From Chloropicon primus (taxonomy: Eukaryota): 64,000 bases of DNA. The notes below the pieces were generated by a model. The model worked only from the letters and a program-made list of their open reading frames with translations. It had not been told where the DNA came from and did not search any database. Below, in pieces: positions 40,519-51,150 of the stretch. Positions within the stretch are counted from its first letter, which is position 1. Each line of letters begins with the position of its first letter. The stretch lies in contig CP060767.1 in NCBI GenBank assembly GCA_023205875.1, positions 1 through 64,000 of the forward strand, in the 5' to 3' direction. Both the position numbers and the translations under genes were made by a program.

Positions 40519-42327
40519 ATGGGAGAAGAGGAGAGGGGAGTACTGATGATGGAGGAAGGGAGCACGGGGAGGCACTACCGGACGAAGAGGCGGAGGGCCC
40601 TAGATGGAGGCTTGCTCACGCAACCAACAAGAGGGTCTTTCTCCGGAGCTGGAAAAAAGAAAGCCTTGTACAACTGCAAGTATTGTGGAAAGGATCTCAG
40701 TCACACGTTGAGAGTCAGAAGCGTGGGACCGTCGTCCGGGTCGGGGGAGGAGGAGGACAAGGGAGGATTCAAGGGAGGGGCCACGGCGGGGACGACGACG
40801 GACCTTTGTCTCGAGTGCTTCTCCGTCGGGGTGGAGCCCTGGCCGCACAAGAGGACTCACGCGTATCGTGTGGTGGAGGACCTCTCCGTTCCCATCTTTG
40901 ATCCGGAGTGGGGGTGTGACGAGGAGCTCCTGCTGCTGGAGGCGCTGGAGATCTACGGCCCGGGGAACTGGTCGGAGATCGCGGACCACGTGGGCAGGAA
41001 GGACAAGTTCGAGTGCAGGAACCACTACTTCGAGCTTTATATCAACTCCCCCAAGGCCCCTCTGCCTGTGGTGCCCACCCAAGAGCAGCTCCAGAGTCGA
41101 GTGAACAAGAGGAAGGAGGAGGAGGCCGAGGGCAAGTCCGGCCTTAAGGTCGCTTCCGGGAAGCAGGAGGAGGCCGAGTGGCAGGGCGGCGCTGGGTCTG
41201 ACACGCCCGACCAGGCCAACGACTCCGCCGGCGAGAGGAGCGTGGAGGGAAGCCCCCTGGAGGGCAAGGCTGGGAAGGGGGAGGCGCAGCAGCAAGTGGA
41301 CGCGGCCAGGGGGGAGGGGGACCCGAACACCCTCGTTTTCAAGGGCCTCAGCCCCCAGATCCGGGCGAGGGCGGAGGGCAACCAGATCGAGATCACGGGA
41401 TACAATGTCAAGAGGGACGACTTTGAGCCGGAGAACGACAACGACGCCGAGGTTGCCTTGGCCGAGCTGGAGATCAGGAACGAGGACAGCAAGGAGGAGA
41501 GGGCCTTGAAGCTGGAGATGCTCCGCATCTATCACGTCAGGCAGCGGGAGCGGTACGAGAAGAGAAAGTTCGTGCTGGACCGACACTTTCTGAACGTCAG
41601 GAAGCAGCAGCTGGTGGAAAAGAGGAGGACCAGGGAGGAGAAGGAGATACACGCTTGCATGCGGGTTTTCGCGAGGTTCCAAACTCCGGACGAGCACGAC
41701 GAGCTCGTTGGAGGCATCTGCAAGGAGCAAAGACTAAGGAAGAGGATCTCGGAGCTCAAGGAGTACAGGAAGATGGGGATCCTGACCCTTGCAGAGGCGG
41801 AGTTCTACGAGCAGGACAAGAGGCGGAGGGAGAGCGAGAGGGAGAGGGTGAAGCAGATGGAGTCCTACCTACAGCAGCGGGCGTACAAGTCCAGCAAGCA
41901 GGAGAGGGCCAACAGGTACTTCAACAGGAAGAGCTCCGTGACCGACCAGGAGGACGGGAACGGCACCTCGGTGGTCTCGGGGCCAGGTTCTTCCAGGGAG
42001 CTCCAAGGCCTGAGAATAGAGGACCCCGGCAAAACCGAAAAGATACCAAACAATCTGGCCATGGTGACGAAGCAGATGGAGCCCGCCGACCTCACCAGCA
42101 CGCCTTACCTCGACCTTCTCACCAAGGAGGAGCAAGACGTTTGCTCGTCCTTGCGCATGCTTCCCGTGCAGTACCTCTCGATAAAGACGGGCATGGTTTC
42201 CCTCAGCAAGAGCCAGGGCGGCCTTGACAAGCAGGACGCCAGGGAATTCTTCAAGGTCGACGTCTACAAGCTCAACAGAATCCACGACTACCTCGTCTCC
42301 AAGGGCGACATCACTGCTGTTGACTAA
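40519..42327 (+). CDS. ADA2: Transcriptional adaptor ADA2 (ZZ, SANT, SWIRM)
   Basis: DLCLECFSVG.E..PH...H.YRV, WGCDEELLLLEAL..YG.GNW.EIADHVG, GYNVKRDDFE.E.DNDAE, C-terminal VDVYK..RIHDYL. Confidence 0.93.
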   Translation: MGEEERGVLMMEEGSTGRHYRTKRRRALDGGLLTQPTRGSFSGAGKKKALYNCKYCGKDLSHTLRVRSVGPSSGSGEEEDKGGFKGGATAGTTTDLCLECFSVGVEPWPHKRTHAYRVVEDLSVPIFDPEWGCDEELLLLEALEIYGPGNWSEIADHVGRKDKFECRNHYFELYINSPKAPLPVVPTQEQLQSRVNKRKEEEAEGKSGLKVASGKQEEAEWQGGAGSDTPDQANDSAGERSVEGSPLEGKAGKGEAQQQVDAARGEGDPNTLVFKGLSPQIRARAEGNQIEITGYNVKRDDFEPENDNDAEVALAELEIRNEDSKEERALKLEMLRIYHVRQRERYEKRKFVLDRHFLNVRKQQLVEKRRTREEKEIHACMRVFARFQTPDEHDELVGGICKEQRLRKRISELKEYRKMGILTLAEAEFYEQDKRRRESERERVKQMESYLQQRAYKSSKQERANRYFNRKSSVTDQEDGNGTSVVSGPGSSRELQGLRIEDPGKTEKIPNNLAMVTKQMEPADLTSTPYLDLLTKEEQDVCSSLRMLPVQYLSIKTGMVSLSKSQGGLDKQDAREFFKVDVYKLNRIHDYLVSKGDITAVD

Positions 42328-42658
42328 CTAAGCAGAGTTAAAAAAAGAAAAACTTTTAGCCCTCATCATCATTCATCGTCAAATGCATCACCTTCTTCTT
42401 GTCATGTCCCTTTCGAAGGGGGAAAGGGTCAGCGTGCCCCTCCCCTCCCCTCCCTGGTCCTTGCCCCCATCACCACTCCACCCTTCCCCTTCGGAGCAGA
42501 CCAAGAGCAGCACCTGGCCTGGCTCATTATGTCTTCATATTTTTCCTTTTCCCGCCACCATTGGTCTTGGTCCTGGAGGCGTGGTGCTCGCGGCGCGGAG
42601 CACTCAGGAGAGGGCGGGACTTTCTCTAGGGGGTCAACAGACGTAAGGAGGACTCGCG

Positions 42659-44857
42659 ATGTCCACCATCGGACCGCTCGCACCACTCGCGTCCCGTGCA
42701 TTGCTCCACACACGACGACTCGGTCTCGGGCCAGGAGTGGCGGGAACTAGCAAAGCAGTGTTGTTCCCGATCTCGAACCCTGCCAGAGTCGCGAGTGGAG
42801 GCGAAGCTGGATCGGCGGAGTTTCCGAGGTGGTCGCAATCGTCTGGACCTTTTCCGATTTCGGGAGGCTTGAGGTCCTTCTCCTCCGCGGGAACGAAGCA
42901 AGTTGCTGGAGACGAGCTAAAGCCAAAGCAAGGTGAGGACAGTGGCGCGAGCAATGCTTCGTCGACAGGGGCTACAAGGAGCGCGGTGAGCAAGGTGAAT
43001 GATTTCGGGGAGGACACGAGCTACGCGGAAGTGATGGGGTACCTCAGTAAGTACGTTTGGCCTCACGACGACAGGGAGACTCGGAACAGGGTCGTGTTTT
43101 CCTTCGGTCTGCTCTCGGCCGGCAAGCTGTTGAACGTGCAGGTACCCTTCCTCTTCAAGGAAGCGGTGGACCAGCTCACGCAGGTGGCGGCGACGGGGAG
43201 CGATGTCGCCGCTGCATCCGCGTTGGATCCTTCCCACCTGGTTCTCCTTGGAGCGGGCGTGGGCACGCCCGCGGTGATGCTGGCCAGCTACGGCATGGTG
43301 AGGGCCACCGCTTCCTTTTGTAACGAGTACAAGAACGCGATCTTCGCCAAAGTCGCTCAAAGGGTGCTGAAGAATGTTGCGAGTCAGGTGTTCAGGCATC
43401 TCCACGAGCTCGACATCAGTTATCACTTGACGAGGCAAACGGGTGCGATCAGCAGGCTGGTGGACAGGGGCACGAGGGGAATCAATTTTGTCTTCTCCTC
43501 CCTAGTGTTCAATGTCGTGCCGACCGCGCTGGAGGTGAGCTTGGTCGGCACGGCCCTGGCGTACAAGTGCGGCCCGGAGTTTGCCTACCTTACCTTTGGA
43601 ACCATCGGTTGCTACACGGCCTTTACCATAGCGACGACCCAGTGGCGCATCCAATTCCGGAAGCAGATGAACAAGAGTGACAACGAGGGGGCGAACGTCG
43701 CTCTCGACTCTTTGATCAATTACGAGACGGTCAAGTACTTTGGGAACGAGAGCTACGAGGCGAGCAAGTACGGCAAGTGCCTGACACAGTACGAGGGGGC
43801 GGCGGTGAAGGTGCAGCAGAGCTTGGGATTCCTGAATTTTGGGCAGAACTTGATCTTCTCGACGGCCCTTTCGACGGCCATGCTGATGTCTGCCCAGGGC
43901 ATTTACAACGGGACGTCGACTGTGGGAGACCTCGTGCTGGTGAATGGCCTGCTCTTTCAGCTCTCCTTGCCTCTGAACTTTCTTGGGACGGTCTACCGCG
44001 AGATCAGGCAGAGCATGATTGACATGGGCAACATGTTCTCACTCTTGAAGGAGGAGCCATCCGTTTTCGATCGCCCGGGTGCCGTGGACGTGCCCCTCAG
44101 CATCGTGGACGGAAAGCCCGCACCCCTCAAGGTCGCTTTCGAGGACGTGACTTTCTCCTATCCGAACACAAACGAGAGGACAATTTTGGATCACGTGAGC
44201 TTCTCGGTGGATGCGGGGAAGAGCCTGGCGATCGTTGGATCGAGTGGCAGTGGCAAGAGCACGATTTTGAGGCTGCTGTTTCGGTTCTACGATCCTGCTG
44301 GGGGCCGAGTCAAGATCAGCGGGACAGACGTCACGGATCTCAAGCTGGTGGACTTTAGGAAAAAGGTTGGGGTTGTCCCGCAAGACGTCGTTCTGTTCAA
44401 CGACACCATTTACAACAACATTGCTTACGGGAACCTGGAGCGGTCAAGGGAGGACATCTTGGAAGCCGCGAAGCTGGCCGAAATCCACGACTCGATCATG
44501 GGGATGCCAAATAGGTACGACACCATGGTCGGGGAGAGGGGCCTCACCTTGTCTGGGGGTGAGAAGCAAAGGGTAGCCATCGCAAGGGCGCTGCTCAAGG
44601 ACCCGCAGATTCTGCTCTTTGACGAGATAACTTCCGCTCTGGACTCAGAGACGGAGTCTAAGATCATTGACGCGGTCAACAAGCTGTCAAGGGGAAAGAC
44701 GACCATCTACATCGCTCACCGACTGTCCACGGCGTCGTCTTGCGACAAGATTCTGGTGCTGGACGGCGGCCGGGTGGCGGAATACGGGACTCACGAGGAG
44801 TTGGTCGGAAAGAAGGGCGGGAAATACGCAGGGATGTGGCAACTCCAAGGCCACTAG
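42659..44857 (+). CDS. ATM1: Mitochondrial ABC half-transporter ATM1/ABCB7/ATM3
   Basis: KLLNVQVPFLFK, HLTRQTGAISR..DRG.RGI, DSLINYETVKYF, GSSGSGKST, LSGGEKQR. Confidence 0.95.
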   Translation: MSTIGPLAPLASRALLHTRRLGLGPGVAGTSKAVLFPISNPARVASGGEAGSAEFPRWSQSSGPFPISGGLRSFSSAGTKQVAGDELKPKQGEDSGASNASSTGATRSAVSKVNDFGEDTSYAEVMGYLSKYVWPHDDRETRNRVVFSFGLLSAGKLLNVQVPFLFKEAVDQLTQVAATGSDVAAASALDPSHLVLLGAGVGTPAVMLASYGMVRATASFCNEYKNAIFAKVAQRVLKNVASQVFRHLHELDISYHLTRQTGAISRLVDRGTRGINFVFSSLVFNVVPTALEVSLVGTALAYKCGPEFAYLTFGTIGCYTAFTIATTQWRIQFRKQMNKSDNEGANVALDSLINYETVKYFGNESYEASKYGKCLTQYEGAAVKVQQSLGFLNFGQNLIFSTALSTAMLMSAQGIYNGTSTVGDLVLVNGLLFQLSLPLNFLGTVYREIRQSMIDMGNMFSLLKEEPSVFDRPGAVDVPLSIVDGKPAPLKVAFEDVTFSYPNTNERTILDHVSFSVDAGKSLAIVGSSGSGKSTILRLLFRFYDPAGGRVKISGTDVTDLKLVDFRKKVGVVPQDVVLFNDTIYNNIAYGNLERSREDILEAAKLAEIHDSIMGMPNRYDTMVGERGLTLSGGEKQRVAIARALLKDPQILLFDEITSALDSETESKIIDAVNKLSRGKTTIYIAHRLSTASSCDKILVLDGGRVAEYGTHEELVGKKGGKYAGMWQLQGH

Positions 44858-44954
44858 TCTAGGAGGATGGGGAGGTGTATTTTCGTATATCCAATTGTCT
44901 AGTAATTCGTCTTACACATCCAATTGTCTTACACATCATGGCGCAGACTGTTTT

Positions 44955-47549
44955 TCACTCCAAGCTCTCGATCGCTGAAAGGAAGGAGTGGTAGTTCACA
45001 TCATCATCGTCATTGATCCCCAACACCTTCATTAAGCGAGAGTATTCGAAGTCGGAGAGGTGGCAGCCAGCAATCCGGATGGCCATCCTGAACTTGCTCG
45101 AACTAAGAATGCCGCACCGAAGAGGGTCAAAGGCAAAGAAATGCTTCAAGGAAGTGAACCCAGGCCTGTCGGGCCACATGTTCGCGACCCTCTCCAAGAT
45201 GTCTTCCTTGGCCTTGGGAGTGTCGTCCTTCTCATCCTCGTCCTCTTCGAATACCATCTGGCTCCCCCTCGCGTAGGAATCCTTCATCGGGGTGAGGGTG
45301 TTATATCGCAGCTCGACCAGTCGCAAGGTCTCGAGGAAATCCATGTAGTCCACCATGTTGTCCTTGAAGCAGTCCATCCTCCTCTTCAGCTCGCTGACGT
45401 TGTCGTCAGTGAGTGTCCAACCCAGCCTCATCACTACTTCCCTGAAGTCGCCCTCGCTGACAAACCCGACGCGGTCGTCCTTGCCCTTCACCTGCATGCT
45501 CGCCCTGGACTTGCAGGACGCGAACAAGCGAGGCGCCGCCGAGAACCCGATCTTCTCTTCTATCTTCTGGGAGATCTGGTAAATCAGGTCGTCCTTCTGC
45601 ACCGCGAGGACCATCCCGTACTCGGTCTTTTGTATCTCCGCGCCTTTTGCCTTTTTGGAGATATCCTTCAGGTCCAGCCTGTTCCTGAGAGCCCCCTCCA
45701 CTTCTACAAGCTTTGCTATCTCCATGTAATCAACTTCTCCCGTCCCGTCCACGTCGATCTCGTTCATCACCTCCTGCAGCACGCGTGGTTTGAGCTGCCA
45801 ACCCAGCGACTCGATGCACATCCTGAGCTCCTCAAACCCAAGCTTACCGTCGTGGTCCCTGTCGTACTTTCTGAAAATATCCCTCGTCGACTTCCCCTTG
45901 GCTTGCATCTTGAGAGAGAGCTGCCAGATGAACTCGGACGCTTGCTTCGAGATGGCGCTGGTCTTCAAGTTCCTCCTGTAGTTCGAGATAGGGGAGGGCT
46001 GCCAGGCCTCGTGCAGCTTGATCTTGTTCGTCCGGTGATCGAAATTCAGCACGCACGTCACAAACTCGTTGTGGTCCAGCTTACCCGTCTTCTGGGGGTC
46101 GAACTCCTCCATCAAGTTCTCGAAGTCGTCGTCCGAGAGGTCAAGGTTCAAGATATCCCTAATGACGTTCCTGACCGCCTTGGTCGAGATCAAGTTGTCG
46201 TGGTTGTGGTCGCAGCCCCTGAAGGCCATCATCAACCCGTTCTTCTTCACCTCCGCCCTCTCCGCGACCTTCTTCAGCACCCTTGGGATCCTCCTCGCGG
46301 CTATCCTCGCCTCCTCCTCTTCCATGGTGAGCTCAGAGCCCGTGGACTGACCCGCGTAGTGGGCAGGGTTCACCAAGCGAGCGAACTCCACGTAATTGAT
46401 GAACCCCGTGTTGTTCTTGTCGAACTGCAGCATGAGCTGGTTGAACTCGTCGTCCTTGATGTCGATCCCAAACACAATCTTCAGGCCTTTCCTGAACTCC
46501 CTCTTGTTCAGCATGTGGGTCGGAGCGTGACTGAGCCTGCGGAAGACGTTCCTCACGAAGTTCCCGTTCTTTCCCTTGGCCTCGGCCTTCATCGCGAGCT
46601 GCCAAAGCAGGTCGTTCTTGGGCACGATGTAGGCATTGTGCTCCTTGATCATGGCGTCCGGGTCGGCTTCTATGCCGTAAGGCCTCTGAATGGCGCCGCC
46701 CGTATGCGTCACCTTCTTCTTTCTGTGCGGCAGGGCGACCATCACCCCGTCCTCGACCACCAGGGGGCGAATGGACTTGCAGCTCGGGTCAATCACCGAG
46801 GCGAAGTGGGTGTAATCTATCTTCTCAGTCTTCCTGGGGTCGAACCTCGAGAACAACTCAGCCAGGACCTCGTCGCCGAGGTGGAACCCGAGCTCCTGGA
46901 GACCTCTGTCGAACTCCCCTTTTGTGATGAACCCGTCTCTGTTGCCATCCATGGAGCGGAAGGTCTTGAGCGCCGTGAATTGGGTCCGCTTCTGCTCGAT
47001 CTTCCTCGCGATTTGGCACAGGATGTCGGACTTTGGAAGGCGGTAGATGTCTCTCAAGTCCCTCCCCGCGTCGTTGGTGCCCAGGTAATCGTTCGGATCG
47101 TAGTGCCCGCTGTACTCCCCGGCCATGCCCTCGAAGGCCACTGCTGTCGCGGGATTCTCCGCCCTGAACCTGCTCTTGCTCTCGATGTCATCGTAACTGA
47201 TCGGCTTCGTCCTGGAACCGCCGAGGTGGGTCACGAGGTTGTGCAGCTCCACGGACTCGAGGTCGACCCCCAAGTAAGAGCACGCCTCCTTCAGCTCCCC
47301 CTCCTGGAGAAGGCCGTCCAAGTCCTCGTCGAAACTTCGGAAGAGCTTCCTTATGTCGAGACTCCTCGACTCTGCCTTCTGGCAAATGATCCAGCACAAG
47401 TGGGCCGCGGTGGCCTCGTCATAACTCCCGGCGTCGTAGTCTCTTGGGGACCCATCCCCAGGCGTACTGCTCGCCTCCTCGTGCAGCTCGGAGAAGTGAC
47501 TCTCCAGCTTCCTCCTCTGCTCGGGCGTGAAGTAAGGCGTGCGCGTCAT
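44955..47549 (-). CDS. Large multi-EF-hand protein (EFCAB6-like architecture)
   Basis: About seven EF-hand pairs (DEDLDGLL, DGNRDGFI, DKNNTGFI, DRDHDGKL, DVDGTGEV, etc.) separated by recurring helical linkers. Confidence 0.85.
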   Translation of the reverse strand: MTRTPYFTPEQRRKLESHFSELHEEASSTPGDGSPRDYDAGSYDEATAAHLCWIICQKAESRSLDIRKLFRSFDEDLDGLLQEGELKEACSYLGVDLESVELHNLVTHLGGSRTKPISYDDIESKSRFRAENPATAVAFEGMAGEYSGHYDPNDYLGTNDAGRDLRDIYRLPKSDILCQIARKIEQKRTQFTALKTFRSMDGNRDGFITKGEFDRGLQELGFHLGDEVLAELFSRFDPRKTEKIDYTHFASVIDPSCKSIRPLVVEDGVMVALPHRKKKVTHTGGAIQRPYGIEADPDAMIKEHNAYIVPKNDLLWQLAMKAEAKGKNGNFVRNVFRRLSHAPTHMLNKREFRKGLKIVFGIDIKDDEFNQLMLQFDKNNTGFINYVEFARLVNPAHYAGQSTGSELTMEEEEARIAARRIPRVLKKVAERAEVKKNGLMMAFRGCDHNHDNLISTKAVRNVIRDILNLDLSDDDFENLMEEFDPQKTGKLDHNEFVTCVLNFDHRTNKIKLHEAWQPSPISNYRRNLKTSAISKQASEFIWQLSLKMQAKGKSTRDIFRKYDRDHDGKLGFEELRMCIESLGWQLKPRVLQEVMNEIDVDGTGEVDYMEIAKLVEVEGALRNRLDLKDISKKAKGAEIQKTEYGMVLAVQKDDLIYQISQKIEEKIGFSAAPRLFASCKSRASMQVKGKDDRVGFVSEGDFREVVMRLGWTLTDDNVSELKRRMDCFKDNMVDYMDFLETLRLVELRYNTLTPMKDSYARGSQMVFEEDEDEKDDTPKAKEDILERVANMWPDRPGFTSLKHFFAFDPLRCGILSSSKFRMAIRIAGCHLSDFEYSRLMKVLGINDDDDVNYHSFLSAIESLE

Positions 47550-48181
47550 GCCTGCACTCCCTCTCCCTCTGTTGTCCTCTCCTCTATCTTGCTTGTCCCC
47601 CACAACCACTCGTCGTGTCCAACACTTCCCCGAGCGAGGTTGAGTCACAAGTCACCCGACACTTGAGAAGAAGAAACAAGCTCAAACTTCCAAGGGTAAG
47701 GTATCCCTGGAAAAGGTCGTGACGCACAATGTTCTTGGTCTTCAAGCCCCTTGGTGCTCTTCCCTTGCGCGTACTCCACTCCAACGCAAGCCAAGCCAAG
47801 CCGAGCCGAGCCAAGCCAAGATCCAGTCTTGGTCAAGCCAGGGTTTGTTCCCATTTCAAATCCTTTCCTTGGGATCAACGGCCCTCCCTGAAAATTGGAC
47901 AACTTCAAATTTAAACTTGGAATATCGCTCCCCCAGGGTGAGCGGCAAGGAAGGACGCGCCCAAGACAAGCGTGCGGTGAGCAGCGGTGGGGACAGCAAG
48001 GGAAGGGAAAAGTGAATCAAGAAAACGAATATTCATCTCAACGGCTTTCGATTGATACCTTGGTTCGTGGGATTTGGACTCGAACGTCGCGAGCATCGTC
48101 AGATCAATCCATCCATCTCGAGGCAAAGGCCAGGGAGAGGAGGGGGATACACCAGAACTTTGTCTCGCAGTGGGGGATACG

Positions 48182-49999
48182 ATGGTCGGAACGAGTGCTG
48201 AGGGTGCGAGGAGGGCGTGCAGGGAGAGCAAGGTGCTCGCGGTGGGGGCCGGGGGGATCGGTTGCGAACTCCTGAAGACTCTGGTCCTGTCCGGCTTCGA
48301 GGACATCACCCTGATCGATATGGATACGATAGAGATCAGTAACCTGAACAGGCAGTTTCTCTTCAGGAAGAAGCACGTGGGGCAGTCAAAGGCGGAGATG
48401 GCGCGGGAGGCCGCGCTCAAGATCGCTCCCAACGCCAAAATAAACGCTTTTCACGGAAACGTCAAGGGCGAGAAGTTCGACGTCGACTTCTTCAAGTCGT
48501 TTGACGTTGTCCTGAACGGCCTGGACAACCTGGACGCGAGGAGGCACGTCAACCGGATGACACTTGCAGCTGGGGTGCCTCTTGTGGAGTCTGGGACTGC
48601 GGGTTACAACGGCCAAGTCACGGTCCACAGGAAAGGGGAAACGGAGTGCTTCGAGTGCCAGCCAAAACCCGTGCCGAAGCAGTACCCCGTTTGCACGATA
48701 CGAAACACTCCGGACAAGCCCATCCATTGCATCGTGTGGTCAAAGGATCTGCTGTTTCCCGGTCTCTTCGGGGAGCCCACGCAAGCGAGCCAGGAGAACG
48801 GGGCCGGGGAGGAGAACGGGGCCGGGGGGGAGGAGAAGGACCTCGAGATCAGCACGAGGCAACCAGGCCAGTCGGCGCGCGACTACGGGGCCACGGTCCT
48901 TGGCGAGGTGTACCACGACGCCATCGCCAGGCTTGCGAGCCTGGAGGACATGTGGAAGGAGCGCGACCCCCCGAAGCCACTGGATTCGTCTCTCATCACC
49001 GCTGGCCTGGGCAAGGTGGCGAAGGCCTCCTCCGCGGGGGGTCCACGAGGGGCGGCGGGGGAGTCGGCGTCCCACGTCCTGGGCCTGACGAACTCCCACG
49101 CGGTGTGGACCGTCGAGGAGAGCGTGGCCGTCTTCGTGCTGACGATAGAGATCTTGTTGGAGCACCACGCCGCAAAGATAGGAATGCTTGGGTTCGACAA
49201 GGACTTTGATCTTTCGGTGGACTTTGTGGCCGCGGCGTCCAACCTTCGGTCGTTCTGCTACGGGATCCCCCAGCAGAGCAAGTTCGACGTCAAGGGACTG
49301 GCGGGGAACATCATCCACGCCATAGCGACGACGAACGCAATCATCTCCGGCTTGATCGTGTTGGAGGCCCAGAAGGTTCTCCTGAAGCAGTTCTCGGACG
49401 TCATGACCACCTTTGTGCAGCACAACCCCACGCGGGGCCGGCTGCTGCAGCGCATTCCGCCCCAGAAGCCGAACCCCAAGTGCTACGTGTGCTCCAAAGC
49501 CATGGTGAGGCTTGAGATCGACGTGAAAAAGATGACGCTGGGCCAGCTGGTGGACGAGGTGCTTTGCAAGTCCCTCGCCTTCAAGCACCCCACCGTGCTG
49601 GTGGGCCCAACGATGCACTTCGAGTCAGGAAACGACCTGGAAGACGACGAGGTCCTGCACTACGGGAAGCAGAGAAAGAAGATCCTCGCGGACCTCCCCG
49701 GCGGCCCCATCGCGCACAACGCCCTGGTCCAGGTGGAGGACTACTCTCAGGACATGAGCGTCGAAATTTTGGTGCAGCACAAGGTCTTTGAGGACGAGGG
49801 GAGCGCGGAGTTCTTCGCGGTCCACGGGGAGGTCAAGGGCAGGGAGGAGGGGGAGGAGGGGGGCGGCGACGAGGAGGGCGGCGACAGCGACGACGACGAC
49901 CTCTGCGTGGTCGTGGCGGAGGGGGAGGGAGCCAAGAGGAAGGACGCAGAAGAAGGGGAGGGGGAGAGGGAGTCCAAGAAGCAGAAGACTTTGATGTGA
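48182..49999 (+). CDS. SAE2: SUMO-activating enzyme subunit 2
   Basis: VGAGGIGCELLKTL, SNLNRQFLF, CFEC, catalytic YPVCTIRNTP, AGNIIHAIATTNA, CYVC, acidic and NLS tail. Confidence 0.95.
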   Translation: MVGTSAEGARRACRESKVLAVGAGGIGCELLKTLVLSGFEDITLIDMDTIEISNLNRQFLFRKKHVGQSKAEMAREAALKIAPNAKINAFHGNVKGEKFDVDFFKSFDVVLNGLDNLDARRHVNRMTLAAGVPLVESGTAGYNGQVTVHRKGETECFECQPKPVPKQYPVCTIRNTPDKPIHCIVWSKDLLFPGLFGEPTQASQENGAGEENGAGGEEKDLEISTRQPGQSARDYGATVLGEVYHDAIARLASLEDMWKERDPPKPLDSSLITAGLGKVAKASSAGGPRGAAGESASHVLGLTNSHAVWTVEESVAVFVLTIEILLEHHAAKIGMLGFDKDFDLSVDFVAAASNLRSFCYGIPQQSKFDVKGLAGNIIHAIATTNAIISGLIVLEAQKVLLKQFSDVMTTFVQHNPTRGRLLQRIPPQKPNPKCYVCSKAMVRLEIDVKKMTLGQLVDEVLCKSLAFKHPTVLVGPTMHFESGNDLEDDEVLHYGKQRKKILADLPGGPIAHNALVQVEDYSQDMSVEILVQHKVFEDEGSAEFFAVHGEVKGREEGEEGGGDEEGGDSDDDDLCVVVAEGEGAKRKDAEEGEGERESKKQKTLM

Positions 50000-50042
50000 T
50001 TGAGCTTGTGAAATTAATAATTATACAACGTTTCGTTTTTTC

Positions 50043-50079
<37 letters not shown>

Positions 50080-50098
50080 TTGCCCTTGCCCCATGCCC

Positions 50099-50731
50099 TT
50101 ATTCTGGCTCCACCTTGGTCTTGAACAACCCGTAGCAGACGGAAACGAGGAGGAAGACGCCCAGGGTGGGCGTGAAGGCCGGGTAGACGGTGTTCACGAT
50201 GAAGTTGTCCACGTCCTCCGGCAGGAAACCGGATCCGGCGACGAGGAGGCCCTCCGCGAAGATCCCCACGAACAGGAAGGCCAGGACGGTGACGAAGTTC
50301 TCGTCGTACTTTTTGTACTGCTCCGCCGGCATCTTCGCGGGCCCCTTCGGGGCGTCGCCGCTCGGCGATCCGTCGTCGGTCTCGTACGCCTGCTGCTGCT
50401 CCCTCACCTCGCTCGCCCACGACGACCCCTTACGTGGGGGCACCACCTCCGCCACGACGGGCGAGGTGGTGGTGGAGGAGGAGGAGGGATCCTTGCCTTC
50501 ATCGTCGCCGTCGTTCTTGTTGCCGCTCTTCGGTTTCCCGAACCCCTTGCCTGCCCTCGCCACCACCGAGCCGAGCCGAGGAACCGAAACCGAAACGGTC
50601 TTGCTCCTCGAGGAGGAGGAACACCACCTGGTGGTGGTGGTGGTTCTGAGCGCGTCACGACAACAGCAAGGGCGACCGCAAGTCGCTACCGTCGCGTGCC
50701 TCGACACCACCATTGTTGCCGTCGTCGTCAT
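50099..50731 (-). CDS. LPA2: LOW PSII ACCUMULATION 2-like thylakoid protein
   Basis: Transit peptide, GKGFG, C-terminal EGLLVAGSGFLPED.D.F....VYP.FTP...F.....YG with two TMs. Confidence 0.82.
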   Translation of the reverse strand: MTTTATMVVSRHATVATCGRPCCCRDALRTTTTTRWCSSSSRSKTVSVSVPRLGSVVARAGKGFGKPKSGNKNDGDDEGKDPSSSSTTTSPVVAEVVPPRKGSSWASEVREQQQAYETDDGSPSGDAPKGPAKMPAEQYKKYDENFVTVLAFLFVGIFAEGLLVAGSGFLPEDVDNFIVNTVYPAFTPTLGVFLLVSVCYGLFKTKVEPE

Positions 50732-50977
50732 GACACACACAGGTGAGTGAGCTGTTGTCCCTCTCCCCCAAAACTCTCAATCCAATCCAATCCAATCCAA
50801 AATCCAATACCAATCAATCAATCAATCAATCAATCCAGTTTGTTGTGTTGCTCCGTTGTTGTTGTTCCCTCCCGTGCGTTGCGCCAAGACCACAAGTCCG
50901 CAAGTCCGCAAGTCCGCAACGTCCCCCCTCCAGTCCGTCCCCCCTCCCCTCCCCCTCCCCCTATGTTTGGTGTTCCT

Positions 50978-51150
50978 TCTGGTCCTCGTCCTCGCCCTGG
51001 GTGTTGCCCTCCTCGTCCTCGTCCTCGTCGTGGTCGCGGTCCTCGTGGTCGCGGTCCTCGTCGTCGTGGTCCTCGTGGTCGTGGTCCTCGTCGTCGTGGT
51101 CCTCGTGGTCGCGGTCCTCGTGGTCGTGGTCCTCGTGGTCGTGGTCGTGT
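50978..51150. repeat. Degenerate 15-bp repeat (GTCCTCGTGGTCGYG-like) in the LPA2/ABC1K8 divergent region
   Basis: Visible tandem GTCCTCGTGGTC units. Confidence 0.8.

Noticed and set aside
44610..44645. ATM1 Walker B/D-loop DEITSALD instead of DEATSALD
   Set aside because: Catalytic DE and SALD are intact; a single substitution of doubtful significance.
45060..47666. Long antisense ORFs (also 28652-30808, 30805-32763, 51286-53382, 17061-18761)
   Set aside because: Shadow ORFs caused by high GC3 codon bias opposite real genes; no motifs.
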